DNA of 64,000 nucleotides from Lawsonibacter sp. (GCA_037257225.1 JAYCWP010000023.1:86-64085); one strand, 5' to 3'. Counted from the stretch's first letter, positions 1 to 9,720 are shown. Notes: generated by a model from the sequence alone, not told the origin. Made by a program: numbers and translations.

Positions 1-38
1 AACCATGTGCTTTCTTTTTCAAAAGAAAAGAAAGTAAG

Positions 39-115
<77 letters not shown>

Positions 116-131
116 AGGTAGCTATGGTGTG

Positions 132-207
132 TGGTGGGAACAACAGGGCTCGAACCTGTGACCCCATGCTTGTAAGGCATGTGCTCTACCAGCTGAGCTA
201 TGCTCCC
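132..207 (-). tRNA. tRNA-Val (anticodon UAC)
   Basis: The reverse complement reads GGGAGCATAGCTCAGCTGGTAGAGCACATGCCTTACAAGCATGGGGTCACAGGTTCGAGCCCTGTTGTTCCCACCA. It is 76 nt with a cloverleaf fold, anticodon loop CTTACAA and an encoded CCA. Confidence 0.95.
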
Positions 208-239
208 GAATGGGTCGCCGCTCTTGCGACGGCTTCGTT

Positions 240-268
240 AGTATACTAAATCTTCTGCCACTTGTCAA
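240..268 (-). promoter_or_regulatory. sigma-A type promoter for the tRNA-Val/tRNA-Asp transcription unit
   Basis: The minus strand reads TTGACA (268-263), a 17-nt spacer, then TATACT (245-240). This lies about 30 nt upstream of the tRNA-Val 5' end, with an A/T-rich tract further upstream. Confidence 0.6.
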
Positions 269-362
269 CAGGAAAATGAAAAAAAGTTCGAATATTTTTT
301 TAGCTAGTTTTCAACGCTCTAAAACCCCCGCTTTTTCATCCTCCGTGGCAGCTGAATTACAC

Positions 363-392
363 TTGACAGAAAGAAAGGAAGCGTGACATAAT
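363..392 (+). promoter_or_regulatory. candidate promoter for pfkA
   Basis: TTGACA (363-368), an 18-nt spacer, then CATAAT (387-392) preceded by TGa (extended -10). Confidence 0.45.
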
Positions 393-495
393 AAGTCCAT
401 AATTGTAGTAAGATCCAACTTAAATTTTTAAATTAAGAAAGATCATAATAAAAAAATGTGCAGGCCAGAAAACGATTTTGGCAAGGAGGGCCCGA

Positions 496-1506
496 ATGAT
501 GGATAGTAAGGTAAAGCGTATTGGTGTTTTGACCAGCGGAGGCGATGCCCCTGGTATGAACGCTGCAGTGCGCGCTGTGGTGCGTGCTGCCGTTGGGCGC
601 GGTGTTGAATGCGTCGGAATCCGCAGGGGCTGGAATGGTCTGATCAACAGCGACTTCATCCGAATGGACGCCGCCAGCGTCAGCCACATCATTGATAAGG
701 GCGGCACTGTGCTTTACACCGCACGCAGCCGTGAGTTCATGCATGAGGAGGGCCGCGCCCAGGCACTGACCACCTGTAAACTGCTCGGGCTGGACGGGAT
801 CGTAGCCATTGGCGGCGACGGCACCTTCCGCGGAGCACTGGCCCTATCCCGCCAGGCCGCAGCCCAAGGCGAGCAGCTCAGTGTGGTGGGTATCCCAGCT
901 ACCATTGATAACGACATCGGCTGTTCCCATTATACCATTGGGTTTGATACCGCCTGCAACACCGCCATTGAATGTATCGATAAACTTCGGGACACCATGC
1001 AGGCCCACGAGCGCTGCTCCGTAGTAGAAGTAATGGGCCGTCATGCCGGCTACCTCGCCCTGTATGTCGGTATCGCCGTTGGCGCCACCGCAGTTCTCAT
1101 CCCAGAGCGCGATGTTGACTTTGAAAACGATGTGGTAGAGAAGATCCGTCGGGCCCGCCTCGCCGGCTCCACACATTACATGGTAGTGGTGGCTGAGGGC
1201 GCCGGCAGTGCCATCGATATTGGAAAGCGGATCCACGAGGAAGTTGGCATCGATCCCCGTGTGACCGTGCTGGGCCACATCCAGCGCGGCGGCTCCCCAA
1301 CCGCCCGGGATCGAGAGACCGCCAGCCGCATGGGCTATGAGGCTGTGCTCTCTCTGATTGAAGGTCGTGGCAATCGAATCATCTGCACCCATGACGGTCG
1401 GATCGTAGATGTGGACATGGAAGAGGCTCTGGCTATGACCAAGCAATTCCAGATGGACCGCTATCAGGTGCTAGAGGCCTTGACAAACAACGGCAGGGTT
1501 CAGTAA
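496..1506 (+). CDS. pfkA: ATP-dependent 6-phosphofructokinase
   Basis: N-terminus MMDSKVKRIGVLTSGGDAPGMNAAVRAVVR, plus the GGDGTFRGA, PATIDND and MGRHAGYLAL motifs. AAGGAGG at 484-490 favours ATG 496 over the ORF-track start at 478. Confidence 0.92.
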   Translation: MMDSKVKRIGVLTSGGDAPGMNAAVRAVVRAAVGRGVECVGIRRGWNGLINSDFIRMDAASVSHIIDKGGTVLYTARSREFMHEEGRAQALTTCKLLGLDGIVAIGGDGTFRGALALSRQAAAQGEQLSVVGIPATIDNDIGCSHYTIGFDTACNTAIECIDKLRDTMQAHERCSVVEVMGRHAGYLALYVGIAVGATAVLIPERDVDFENDVVEKIRRARLAGSTHYMVVVAEGAGSAIDIGKRIHEEVGIDPRVTVLGHIQRGGSPTARDRETASRMGYEAVLSLIEGRGNRIICTHDGRIVDVDMEEALAMTKQFQMDRYQVLEALTNNGRVQ

Positions 1507-1532
1507 ATCTCTTCTAATCAAATTAGAATGTG

Positions 1533-1567
1533 AAAGGCGCACGGCAAATGCCGCGCGCCTTTTATTT
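1533..1567. terminator. bidirectional intrinsic terminator between pfkA and hslO
   Basis: GC-rich hairpin AAAGGCGCACGGC/GCCGCGCGCCTTT flanked by A-run and T-run, lying between convergent genes. Confidence 0.7.
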
Positions 1568-1572
1568 ACGCT

Positions 1573-2451
1573 CTACACGTGATTCAGAATAGCTTCCAGG
1601 TCCTCCTTGGTATAATGGTAAATCTCATCACAAAACTGGCAGGTCAAATCCGCCTGTCCCTGTTCCCGAATCAAGGATTCCAGTTCCTCCCGCCCCATGC
1701 TGATCAAGGCGCGGGTAACACGGTCCCTGGAGCAGTAACAACGGTACTCGATGGGGTGGCTCTCTAAAAATTCCAATTCGAACTCAGACAAGACCGCCTG
1801 AAGCAGCCCACATGCGTCCATACCCTGCTCCAAAACCGGCGTGACCGGCCCCATACGCTGAACCCCTGCTTCAATTTTGGTGATGATATCCTCCCCTGCT
1901 CCGGGCAAAAGTTGGATCAGATAGCCTCCCGCAGCGGAAACAGACTGGTCTACCCCCACCAGCACACCCAAGGCACAGGCAGTTGGAATCTGCTCACTTT
2001 CCACGAAATACATCGCGATGTCATCAGCGATCTCTCCAGAGAACAGACCGATCGTGCCCACATAGGGCTCCTTCATCCCAAGATCCTTGATAACAGTGAG
2101 GCTCCCATCCGTACCTACGGCCCATCCCACATCCAACTTACCAGGTGCCTTCTCTCGCAGTTCCACATGGGGATCCTGTACATAGCCACGCACATTGCCG
2201 CTGTTATCTGACACAGCCAGCACCGTCCCAAGCGGCCCTCCACCCTTGATTTGAAGGGTAAGGGAGGCTCCATCTATCTTCAGCATGTCCCCCATCATAG
2301 AGGCAGCCAGCAAAGTCCGTCCCAGGGCCGCTGTAGCCATGGGCAGCAGGGTATGGATCTCTCGGGCCCGCTCCACCAAATCCCGGCCAGTTACGGCCAC
2401 CGCCTTGACCAGGCCGTCTGCCGTGATCGCTCTTACCAGTTCATCGCGCAT
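1573..2451 (-). CDS. hslO: redox-regulated chaperone Hsp33
   Basis: 292 aa. The C-terminal zinc/redox switch CYCSRDRV...CQFCDEIY (CxC...CxxC) is typical of Hsp33. Confidence 0.9.
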   Translation of the reverse strand: MRDELVRAITADGLVKAVAVTGRDLVERAREIHTLLPMATAALGRTLLAASMMGDMLKIDGASLTLQIKGGGPLGTVLAVSDNSGNVRGYVQDPHVELREKAPGKLDVGWAVGTDGSLTVIKDLGMKEPYVGTIGLFSGEIADDIAMYFVESEQIPTACALGVLVGVDQSVSAAGGYLIQLLPGAGEDIITKIEAGVQRMGPVTPVLEQGMDACGLLQAVLSEFELEFLESHPIEYRCYCSRDRVTRALISMGREELESLIREQGQADLTCQFCDEIYHYTKEDLEAILNHV

Positions 2452-2491
2452 TTGTTTCTTCCTCTCTTTTTCCTTCTTGTCCAGATCCGTC

Positions 2492-3262
2492 TCATACCTG
2501 GCTGGTCATCTTCGGATCCTTCCGGGCCACAAAGAAGATTCGCTCCTCCCCTTCCCGGGGAGCCCGCAGCTTCAGATTCCCATATTGGCGGATATCCTGG
2601 AAGCCAGCTTCCCGCAGGAAGGAAATCAGTTCCTCCGGCTCATAGGCCCGCTCCCGGTGCAGTTCCTCCCCCCGCTCCCAAAGACCGGAGTCAGGATCCA
2701 GGCGAAAAATATCCATGAAATAGGAGCAGATCCGACTGCGTTTCTCATACTCCGCCCGCCAAACACAATAGGTATCCTCTGTCTCGTCCAAAAAGACCTG
2801 TCCGTCCAACCCGCGCAGCTTGGCCGGTGTATTGATGTCGAACAGGAACAACCCGCCAGGCATGAGAAACAGCCAGACCCGGGCAAAAGCCTTTTTCAAC
2901 TGCTTAGAATCGGTAACATAATTGACACTGTCCAAACAGCAGACACAGGCGTCGATGGTCCCATACAAATCCAACTTGTCCATGGATTGACACAGGAAAA
3001 TGGGGGAAATCTCCACATCATCCCGGCTCTTCGCTGCCGCTTCCGCCAGCATCTCCGGTGAGCGGTCCACCCCGATCATCTCATACCCCCGCAAGGCCAG
3101 TTCCCAGGTGAGGGAGCCCGTTCCACAGGCCAGATCCAGCACAGTTCGGCCAGGCAGTCCCTTCCGCCGGAAATGAGCCTCCAGATAGTCCGCCCAGGCC
3201 GAATATCCCACATCGGTGGTCAGTTCATCATAGCTGCTGGCCAGAAAATCATAGCTGCTCAT
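2492..3262 (-). CDS. class I SAM-dependent methyltransferase
   Basis: Motif I VLDLACGTGSLT followed by GVDRSPEML. 256 aa. Overlaps the upstream yerC-like gene by 14 nt, suggesting an operon. Confidence 0.8.
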   Translation of the reverse strand: MSSYDFLASSYDELTTDVGYSAWADYLEAHFRRKGLPGRTVLDLACGTGSLTWELALRGYEMIGVDRSPEMLAEAAAKSRDDVEISPIFLCQSMDKLDLYGTIDACVCCLDSVNYVTDSKQLKKAFARVWLFLMPGGLFLFDINTPAKLRGLDGQVFLDETEDTYCVWRAEYEKRSRICSYFMDIFRLDPDSGLWERGEELHRERAYEPEELISFLREAGFQDIRQYGNLKLRAPREGEERIFFVARKDPKMTSQV

Positions 3263-3554
3263 TACTCTGCTCCTTCAGTCTAGGGAGAATCGTCCGGTAA
3301 CCGTCCGCCCCATAGTGCAGACAGCGGTTCACACGGCTGATGGTGGCGCTGGATGCCCCTGTGCGCTCTAGGATGTCACTGTAGATCAGACCCTGATCCA
3401 ACAGCATAGCCACCTCCATCCGCTGCTCCATAGCCTTCAGCTCTGATACAGTGCACAAATCCTGTAAAAACCGGCGGCACTCCTCCAGATCTTTGATCTC
3501 CAGAATGGCCTGATACAACAGGTCGCTGGAGGGCTTATCATAAAACTTCGACAT
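3249..3554 (-). CDS. YerC/YecD family TrpR-like DNA-binding protein
   Basis: 101 aa. The sequence ...LCTVSELKAMEQRMEVAMLLDQGLIYSDILERTGASSATISRVNRCLHYG... matches the YerC/YecD pattern. Confidence 0.8.
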   Translation of the reverse strand: MSKFYDKPSSDLLYQAILEIKDLEECRRFLQDLCTVSELKAMEQRMEVAMLLDQGLIYSDILERTGASSATISRVNRCLHYGADGYRTILPRLKEQSNEQL

Positions 3555-3710
3555 GAGCGAGACTCCTTTCCCCGCAGGCTCCGGCCACAGGCCGGCTGAC
3601 TTTTTCTAATATCGTAACACACTACCTTGTGAAAGTAAACACAAATCACTCTCTCCTTCACGATTTTTTCTCTCCACGCATAGGATAGACCAAAATTGGG
3701 AGGGATACGC

Positions 3711-4379
3711 ATGGAGGCAGCAGAGAAACAGCAAGCTGACTGGGCAGTCCTATGGCAGGAAGAGCGGCGAACACTGTCACTGCAAAAGGAGCCAGTGTTA
3801 GACTATACTTTGAGCCGTCCTCAGATTCGGCACGGGGGGCGGGGGGGCGGGCGAGTAGACCGATATTATCAGCATCTGGCAGAAATCTGGCGCCGCCGGT
3901 GGGGACGCGCACTCTACTGGCAAGCCTGTCTGGATTTGGCACGCTGCAGAGAAGTATCACAGCCGTTTCACCCCTGGCAGGCTCGTTTGGAAGGCCAGAT
4001 CTTATTTCAAAACAAGGAAAGTCTAAGCATCCGCCTGGATGCAGAGGAAATTCATGGAGACGGCCGCTCTCTCCGCGTACGGATGGGAGATGTTTGGTCT
4101 CTGCCGGAGGGCGTTCCGCTGTCAGTAGGATGCTACTTTCCCGGCGATCGGAGGTGGTGGCTTCACCTGACCCAGAAACTACGGGAGCAGGGGGAAATCC
4201 GTCGGGCAGCGGGGGACTGCTTTCTGGATCCGGATTTTGGGCCTCGTCTGCGGCAATTTTTATCTCCCCATCGATGCTGCCGCACTCCAGAAGGGCTGGA
4301 ATTCTATATTCCACAGTGTGCGCTGGCTCCAGCAGCCGAGGGAATCGTAACCTTTTCCATTCCTCTGGAAGAGGAGTAG
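3711..4379 (+). CDS. hypothetical protein, possibly DUF3298-like
   Basis: Three long ORFs overlap in this region. This frame has GGGAGGG 6 nt before ATG 3711, and its C-terminus ...EGLEFYIPQCALAPAAEGIVTFSIPLEE resembles the DUF3298 ending. The family assignment is tentative. Confidence 0.45.
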   Translation: MEAAEKQQADWAVLWQEERRTLSLQKEPVLDYTLSRPQIRHGGRGGGRVDRYYQHLAEIWRRRWGRALYWQACLDLARCREVSQPFHPWQARLEGQILFQNKESLSIRLDAEEIHGDGRSLRVRMGDVWSLPEGVPLSVGCYFPGDRRWWLHLTQKLREQGEIRRAAGDCFLDPDFGPRLRQFLSPHRCCRTPEGLEFYIPQCALAPAAEGIVTFSIPLEEE

Positions 4380-4412
4380 ATGGCATATCTGCCTCTCACT
4401 TCTTAAACGGCT

Positions 4413-4444
4413 CAGACGCCCCGCCGATATCGGCGGGGCGTCTG
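4413..4444. terminator. 14-bp GC-rich hairpin between convergent genes
   Basis: CAGACGCCCCGCCG-atat-CGGCGGGGCGTCTG. The U-tracts are weak. Confidence 0.5.
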
Positions 4445-4458
4445 ACTTCCAAATAGAA

Positions 4459-4911
4459 TCACAACCGCTTCAGCAGTTCCTCTAGTTGTGACTCTCCATA
4501 TACTGGGATCCCATTCTCCTCCAGAAGCTGGGCTGTCACCCCAGAGCCCTGGATCAGAATGCGGGAAAAGGTTCCGTCATAGATCTGCCCCTGGCCACAG
4601 GAGGGGGAGCGTTCCTTCAAAACGGCCAGAGTACAGCCCTGTTCCCGTGCCAGCGCCAGCGCCCGCTCTGCGCCGGAGCAATACTCTGCCGTCACATCCA
4701 CTCCCTCTTGAGTAACGACCCGACCGTCCGGCAGCCGCTCCGCAGGCGGGCGGGGGGTAGGCAGTCCACCCAGCACTTCCGGACAGACTGGTATCAGATC
4801 GTATCCTTTCTGTCTCAGCTTTTGAATATCAAGGTGTTCCTTTCCTGCTCCATCATAACGGCAGGGGACACCCAGCAGGCAAGCGCTTACCAAGATCTTC
4901 ACTTTATCCAC
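4459..4911 (-). CDS. DUF523 domain-containing protein
   Basis: 150 aa. The N-terminus KILVSACLLGVPCRYDG is the DUF523 signature. Confidence 0.8.
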   Translation of the reverse strand: MDKVKILVSACLLGVPCRYDGAGKEHLDIQKLRQKGYDLIPVCPEVLGGLPTPRPPAERLPDGRVVTQEGVDVTAEYCSGAERALALAREQGCTLAVLKERSPSCGQGQIYDGTFSRILIQGSGVTAQLLEENGIPVYGESQLEELLKRL

Positions 4912-4924
4912 TCCTTTCCACCAA

Positions 4925-4955
4925 AAACAGCCCGCCGCGTTGCGGCGGGCTGTTT
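4925..4955 (-). terminator. intrinsic terminator after ireB
   Basis: 14-bp stem AAACAGCCCGCCGC/GCGGCGGGCTGTTT. On the minus strand it is followed by a TTTTT run. Confidence 0.7.
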
Positions 4956-4965
4956 CTTACTCTGC

Positions 4966-5226
4966 TCAGTGGGTAAGATAATATTTGACCAGGGTTTGGA
5001 GCAGTTCGTCCCGGTCCACCTTCCGGATCATGGCCCGGGCGTTGTTATGGTTCGTGATATAGGTGGGGTCCTCGGATAGAATATAGCCGACGATTTGATT
5101 GACCGGGTTGTAACCCTTTTCCTGAAGCGCCTGATATACAGAAGCCAGGATCGCCTTGATCTCTAAATCGCGCTGGTCGCCGAGCCGGAATTTCCGGGTG
5201 AAATCCATCTCGTCCATCGAAAACAC
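4966..5226 (-). CDS. ireB: IreB family regulatory phosphoprotein (UPF0297)
   Basis: 86 aa. ...VYQALQEKGYNPVNQIVGYILSEDPTYITNHNNARAMIRKVDRDELLQTLVKYYL matches the YrzL/IreB family. Confidence 0.85.
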   Translation of the reverse strand: MFSMDEMDFTRKFRLGDQRDLEIKAILASVYQALQEKGYNPVNQIVGYILSEDPTYITNHNNARAMIRKVDRDELLQTLVKYYLTH

Positions 5227-5388
5227 CTCCTAAAAATAAGCATGGAAGATTTGTGCCTAGTTTACTCCAAAAAGCAGTCCGTGTAAAGGGAGCAGAGGAA
5301 AAATTTAATAATTTTTTAGAATTTCGCCTTCTCAAGGGCAATGGCAGAGTCATCGCCCCGGTTTTTCTCCCAAATCTGCGCGGGCACG

Positions 5389-5417
5389 TTGCTATTACAG
5401 CTAAAATGTGTTATGAT
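5389..5417 (+). promoter_or_regulatory. candidate promoter for trpS
   Basis: TTGCTA (5389-5394), a 17-nt spacer, then TATGAT (5412-5417) preceded by TGt (extended -10). Confidence 0.5.
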
Positions 5418-5520
5418 GTATCAGTATTTTTATGCCTATGACATTGTTCCGCTCCCAAGCCCCATATCACGCTGGCAGCTGGAACAGCATTTGACATTTC
5501 TAAAAAGGTTGTGTTTCGAT

Positions 5521-6525
5521 ATGGAAGAAGCGAAAAAGAAAGTGATGCTCTCCGGCATCCAGCCCAGCGGCGATCTGCACCTGGGCAACTATCTGGGTGC
5601 CATCAAGAATTGGGGCGCCCGGGCCGACGAGTTCGACTGCTACTATTTTATGGCTGATATGCATACCATCACCGTCCGTCAGACTCCTGCCGATCTGCGC
5701 CGCCGCACCCTGGAGCAGCTGGCCCAGTATATCGCCTGCGGCCTGGACCCGGAGAAGAACACCCTGTTCATCCAGTCCCATGTTCCTGCCCACGCAGAGC
5801 TTGGCTGGGTACTGAACTGCTACACCATGTTCGGCGAGCTCAGCCGTATGACTCAGTTTAAAGACAAATCCGCCAAACATAAAGAAAACATCAATGGCGG
5901 CCTGTTCACCTATCCCGCTCTAATGGCCGCTGATATTCTCCTCTACCAGCCCGATTTTGTTCCCGTAGGAGAGGACCAGAAGCAGCACTGCGAGCTGACC
6001 CGTGATGTAGCCCAGCGCTTCAACAACATCTATGGCGATGTGTTTAAGATTCCTGAGCCCTATATTCCTAAGGCCGGTGCCCGCATCATGGGGCTGACCA
6101 ATCCCGAATCTAAAATGTCCAAATCCATCCCCGAAGGCTGCGTGTTCCTCATGGAGAAGCCGGAGGATATCCAGCGCAAGTTCAAGCGGGCCATCACCGA
6201 CAGCGACACTGAAAACTGTGTGCGCTACGATCCTGCCAACAAGCCCGGCGTAGCCAATCTGATGAACATCTACTCCGCCGTCACCGGTAAGAGTTTTCCG
6301 GAAATCGAGGCCGAGTTCTCTGGCTGCGGCTATGGAAAGTTCAAACCCGCCGTGGGTGACGCCGTCATCGAAGCCCTGCGTCCCATCCGCGAGGAGGCCA
6401 CCCGCATTCTGGCCGACAAGGCGTATCTGGAGAGTGTTTACAAGGCCGGCGCTGAGAAGGCGTCCTATACCGCTTCCAAAACCCTGCGGAAAGTCTATAA
6501 AAAGGTAGGCTTCGTGGCCCGCTGA
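5521..6525 (+). CDS. trpS: tryptophan--tRNA ligase
   Basis: MEEAKKKVMLSGIQPSGDLHLGNYLGAI (HIGH-type motif) and KMSKS (...SKMSKSIPEG). The ORF-track start at 5341 adds 60 non-homologous residues, so ATG 5521 was chosen. Confidence 0.92.
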   Translation: MEEAKKKVMLSGIQPSGDLHLGNYLGAIKNWGARADEFDCYYFMADMHTITVRQTPADLRRRTLEQLAQYIACGLDPEKNTLFIQSHVPAHAELGWVLNCYTMFGELSRMTQFKDKSAKHKENINGGLFTYPALMAADILLYQPDFVPVGEDQKQHCELTRDVAQRFNNIYGDVFKIPEPYIPKAGARIMGLTNPESKMSKSIPEGCVFLMEKPEDIQRKFKRAITDSDTENCVRYDPANKPGVANLMNIYSAVTGKSFPEIEAEFSGCGYGKFKPAVGDAVIEALRPIREEATRILADKAYLESVYKAGAEKASYTASKTLRKVYKKVGFVAR

Positions 6526-6560
6526 CCCGACCATATCAACTGCAAAAGAGGAACTGCTTC

Positions 6561-7736
6561 ATGTTGTCTTCTGTTGAACTCTCTGTCATCGGTGCGGTAG
6601 CCGCCGCACTATTTGCCGCCGCTGTGGTGGCATTCATTACCACCCCGGTGGTTCGCTCTCTGGCCTTTAAAATCGGTGCAGTGGACGTGCCCCGGGACAA
6701 CCGTCGGATGCACAACCACCCCATTCCCCGGATGGGCGGACTTGCCATTTTCTTCGGTTTTATCCTCAGCGCTCTGATTTTTATTCCATTGACTACCCCA
6801 CTCCGCGGCATGCTCCTAGGGGCCGTGATCATCGTTATTTTGGGCATATTCGACGACATTTATGCCCTGCCTGCCATGCCGAAGTTCCTGATCCAGATTC
6901 TGGCCGCCCTCATTGCCGTGCTCATGGGCAACCGGATCGACATTCTCTCCAACCCCAATATTTTCAGCAGCGACCCCTACTGGGTGCTGGGCTGGCTGTC
7001 TATCCCCATCTCCGTGATCTGGATCGTAGGCATCACCAACGCAGTCAACCTCATCGACGGACTGGACGGGTTGGCCTGCGGCGTGTCCACCATCAGTTCT
7101 ATGACCATGCTGGTCATAGCCCTCACGGTGGCGGAGCCCGACGTTGCGCTCCTCATGGCCGCCTTGGCTGGCGGGTGCATCGGCTTTCTTCCCTATAATC
7201 TGAACCCGGCCAAGATCTTCATGGGAGATACCGGATCCACCTTCCTGGGCTTTATCTTGGCGGTGGTATCCATTCAGGGGCTGTTCAAGTCCTATGCCAT
7301 TATCTCCTTCGCAGTCCCCTTCCTCATGCTTGGCCTGCCCATCTTTGACACCTGCTTTGCCATTTTCCGCCGGGTGTCCCACGGCCAGAGTCCTATGGCC
7401 CCCGACCGGGGTCACATCCATCATCGGCTCATCGACATGGGTTTCAGCCAGAAGCAGGCAGTTGCTGTGCTGTATGTGATCAGCGCGATTCTGGGCTTGT
7501 CCGCTGTGTTGCTCACAACGACCAGTGTTTTGAAGGCCATGATGGTCCTGCTGGCCTTATGCGTAGCCGGCGGCCTGTCCGCCAAGCTGTACCTGGACCG
7601 GGTAAACCACCGGGAACCACCCGAGCCCCCCGCTCAGGACGGCGCTCCGGCCCGCCCCCGGAAGCTCCGCCAGCCCCCTGGAGATGTGGCGGGCAATGAC
7701 TACTTTTTCGGTGAAGAGGAGCGATCTGACAAATGA
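6561..7736 (+). CDS. undecaprenyl-phosphate GlcNAc-1-phosphate transferase family protein (MraY/WecA/TagO, GT4)
   Basis: Polytopic membrane protein with the NAVNLIDGLDGLA and FMGDTGS motifs. The C-terminal tail is Pro-rich. Confidence 0.85.
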   Translation: MLSSVELSVIGAVAAALFAAAVVAFITTPVVRSLAFKIGAVDVPRDNRRMHNHPIPRMGGLAIFFGFILSALIFIPLTTPLRGMLLGAVIIVILGIFDDIYALPAMPKFLIQILAALIAVLMGNRIDILSNPNIFSSDPYWVLGWLSIPISVIWIVGITNAVNLIDGLDGLACGVSTISSMTMLVIALTVAEPDVALLMAALAGGCIGFLPYNLNPAKIFMGDTGSTFLGFILAVVSIQGLFKSYAIISFAVPFLMLGLPIFDTCFAIFRRVSHGQSPMAPDRGHIHHRLIDMGFSQKQAVAVLYVISAILGLSAVLLTTTSVLKAMMVLLALCVAGGLSAKLYLDRVNHREPPEPPAQDGAPARPRKLRQPPGDVAGNDYFFGEEERSDK

Positions 7737-8884
7737 AACCTGTCACTGTTATGACGATTTTCGGCACCCGGCCGGAAGCCATCAAGATGGCCCCCCTGGC
7801 CCTGGAGCTATCCCGCCGTCCCGGGCTGAATGCCCTGTGCTGCGTCACCGCCCAGCACCGGGAGATGCTGGATTCTGTGCTGAATATCTTTCAGCTGAAG
7901 CCAGACTATGACCTGAACATCATGGAACCCCGTCAAACCCTGTCTACTATTACTTCCAAGTGCCTCACTGGTATGGACGAGGTGCTGGAGCAAGCAAAGC
8001 CTGACCTGGTCCTGGTGCATGGAGACACCTCTACAACCTTTGCTGGAGCCTTGGCAGCCTTCTACCACAAGGTCCCGGTAGGCCACGTGGAAGCGGGTCT
8101 GCGGACCTATGACAAGTGGTCCCCCTACCCGGAGGAGATGAACCGGAAAATGGTAGGTGCCATCGCCGACCTCCACTTCTGTCCCACTGTGGCCAACCGC
8201 GAAAACTTGGCCCGTGAGAACATCACCCAAGGCGTATTTCTCACCGGAAATACGGTCATCGATGCCCTTCAGACCACGGTGCGCCCCCAGTTTACCTTCC
8301 AGGATGAGATCCTCAACCACTTGGACTACGCCGCCCGCCGGGTCATCCTGGTCACCTGTCACCGGCGTGAGAACTATGGGCAGCCCATGACCAATATTAT
8401 GACTGCCCTGCGGCGGATCGCCGACGCCTTCCCTGATGTGGAACTTGTCTATCCGGTCCACCTGTCCCCCGTAGTACAGGAAGCCGCTCATAAATATTTG
8501 GACGGCCATCCCCGCATCCACCTCATTGCCCCGCTGGCGGTGGACGAGATGCACAACCTGATGGCCCGCTGCCATCTGGTAATGACCGACTCCGGCGGTC
8601 TTCAGGAGGAGGCCCCAGCCCTGGGCAAACCGGTGCTGGTCCTTCGGCGCGAGACTGAGCGCCCCGAGGCTGTGGCTGCCGGCACAGTAAAGCTGGCTGG
8701 CGTGGAGGAGGAGGCCATTTTCTCCATGGCCTATGAACTGCTTACCGATCCCGGCGCCTATGCCGCCATGGCCCATGCGGTCAACCCCTACGGGGATGGA
8801 CTTGCTTGCCGCCGGATCGCCGATGCCATCGAGTGGAAATTCGGTCTGCGGGAGGCTCCCCCTGCCCCCTTCGGCGGGGTGTGA
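7733..8884 (+). CDS. wecB: UDP-N-acetylglucosamine 2-epimerase (non-hydrolysing)
   Basis: MTIFGTRPEAIKMAPL, HVEAGLRT and TDSGGLQEEAPALGKPVLVLR motifs. An ATGA start/stop overlap joins it to the upstream transferase gene. Confidence 0.92.
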   Translation: MKPVTVMTIFGTRPEAIKMAPLALELSRRPGLNALCCVTAQHREMLDSVLNIFQLKPDYDLNIMEPRQTLSTITSKCLTGMDEVLEQAKPDLVLVHGDTSTTFAGALAAFYHKVPVGHVEAGLRTYDKWSPYPEEMNRKMVGAIADLHFCPTVANRENLARENITQGVFLTGNTVIDALQTTVRPQFTFQDEILNHLDYAARRVILVTCHRRENYGQPMTNIMTALRRIADAFPDVELVYPVHLSPVVQEAAHKYLDGHPRIHLIAPLAVDEMHNLMARCHLVMTDSGGLQEEAPALGKPVLVLRRETERPEAVAAGTVKLAGVEEEAIFSMAYELLTDPGAYAAMAHAVNPYGDGLACRRIADAIEWKFGLREAPPAPFGGV

Positions 8885-8914
8885 CCACCTCAGCCTGGAA
8901 CAGGAGGTGTGGAT

Positions 8915-9676
8915 TTGGATTCTAAAAATCGTTTGGCCATCGCCATCGCCATCACTTGTCTGATCGTCGTGGCTATTTTCGCCAGCTTCGGACGCAGCCT
9001 CTTTTTCGTCCACATCCCCTCCATCACCCTAAGCGATGCCAGTTCTGGGGAGGATTCTGTCTCCGGCTCCTTCGGACAGGGGGCAACCGACCAGTACTGG
9101 AAGGTAGACGTCACCCCTGAAACTGTTCAGAGCATTGTAGCTACCCTGACCCGCCCAGACAGCTACTACCGGGAGCTTACTGTGGAGACCTTCTGGTCGG
9201 AGGGTTCTTTCTCCTCCTCCATCCAGTACTGGCAGGACGGAGACTGGTCCCACACCCGGCAGAATCTAGCCTCCGGCGCGGTACGCCATGACCTGGCCAG
9301 TTCTAAGAATGCCTACTATTGGTATGAGGGCTCTCCCGCATGGAACACGCTCCCTGCGGATGATCGCTCCCACGATCTTGCCCAGCATATCCCAACTTAT
9401 GAGACCATACTGGATCTGGATCCCTCTTCTATCTCTGAAACTGGATACGAACTTCGAGGCTCCTATCCCTGCGTCTATGTGGCCGTTCAGGACAAGGGGA
9501 GCCTCGCAGTGGAGCGGTACTGGATCAGCACAGACAACGGTCTTCTCATTTCTGCAGAGCGTGAGGTCAACGGAAAACTGGTATACCGCATGACTGCCTA
9601 CGGACAGATCCAAACGCCTTGCCCCGCCACGGCTTCTTTTGCGCTTCCGGACGGCCAGGTGCTCCACACGGTATAA
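8915..9676 (+). CDS. hypothetical membrane-anchored protein
   Basis: One N-terminal TM helix (LAIAIAITCLIVVAIFASF) followed by a soluble domain of about 210 aa. AGGAGG at 8902-8907 favours TTG 8915 over GTG 8909. No family recognised. Confidence 0.6.
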   Translation: MDSKNRLAIAIAITCLIVVAIFASFGRSLFFVHIPSITLSDASSGEDSVSGSFGQGATDQYWKVDVTPETVQSIVATLTRPDSYYRELTVETFWSEGSFSSSIQYWQDGDWSHTRQNLASGAVRHDLASSKNAYYWYEGSPAWNTLPADDRSHDLAQHIPTYETILDLDPSSISETGYELRGSYPCVYVAVQDKGSLAVERYWISTDNGLLISAEREVNGKLVYRMTAYGQIQTPCPATASFALPDGQVLHTV

Positions 9677-9680
9677 AAAA

Positions 9681-9720
9681 GAGCCGTGGCAGCCTTGGCT
9701 GCCGCGGCTCTATTCTATTT
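9681..9720 (+). terminator. intrinsic terminator
   Basis: 13-bp stem GAGCCGTGGCAGC/GCTGCCGCGGCTC followed by a T-rich tail. An A-run precedes it. Confidence 0.6.

Noticed and set aside
3658-4456. Two alternative long ORFs (3658-4386 minus, 3752-4456 plus) overlapping the 3711-4379 plus-strand call
   Set aside because: Only one can be real. The chosen frame has an RBS and a domain-like C-terminus. The others are Pro/Arg/Ser/Gly-rich with no RBS. The locus still carries reduced confidence.
5341-5520. 60-codon N-terminal extension of trpS from the ORF track, and a possible Trp T-box in the 290-nt upstream region
   Set aside because: The extension has no homology to TrpRS, and a promoter-like element lies inside it, so ATG 5521 begins the conserved sequence. 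I searched 5227-5520 for the T-box core (GGTGGTACC-like) and for a terminator/antiterminator pair and found neither.
7808-9013. 401-aa minus-strand ORF antisense to wecB
   Set aside because: It fully overlaps a confidently identified gene on the other strand. It has the Gly/His/Val/Asp/Leu-rich composition typical of antisense frames in high-GC DNA, and I see no recognisable motif or RBS. The same reasoning applies to 6816-7424 (-), 11681-12832 (-), 15486-16778 (-), 18539-19753 (-) and 20490-21614 (-).
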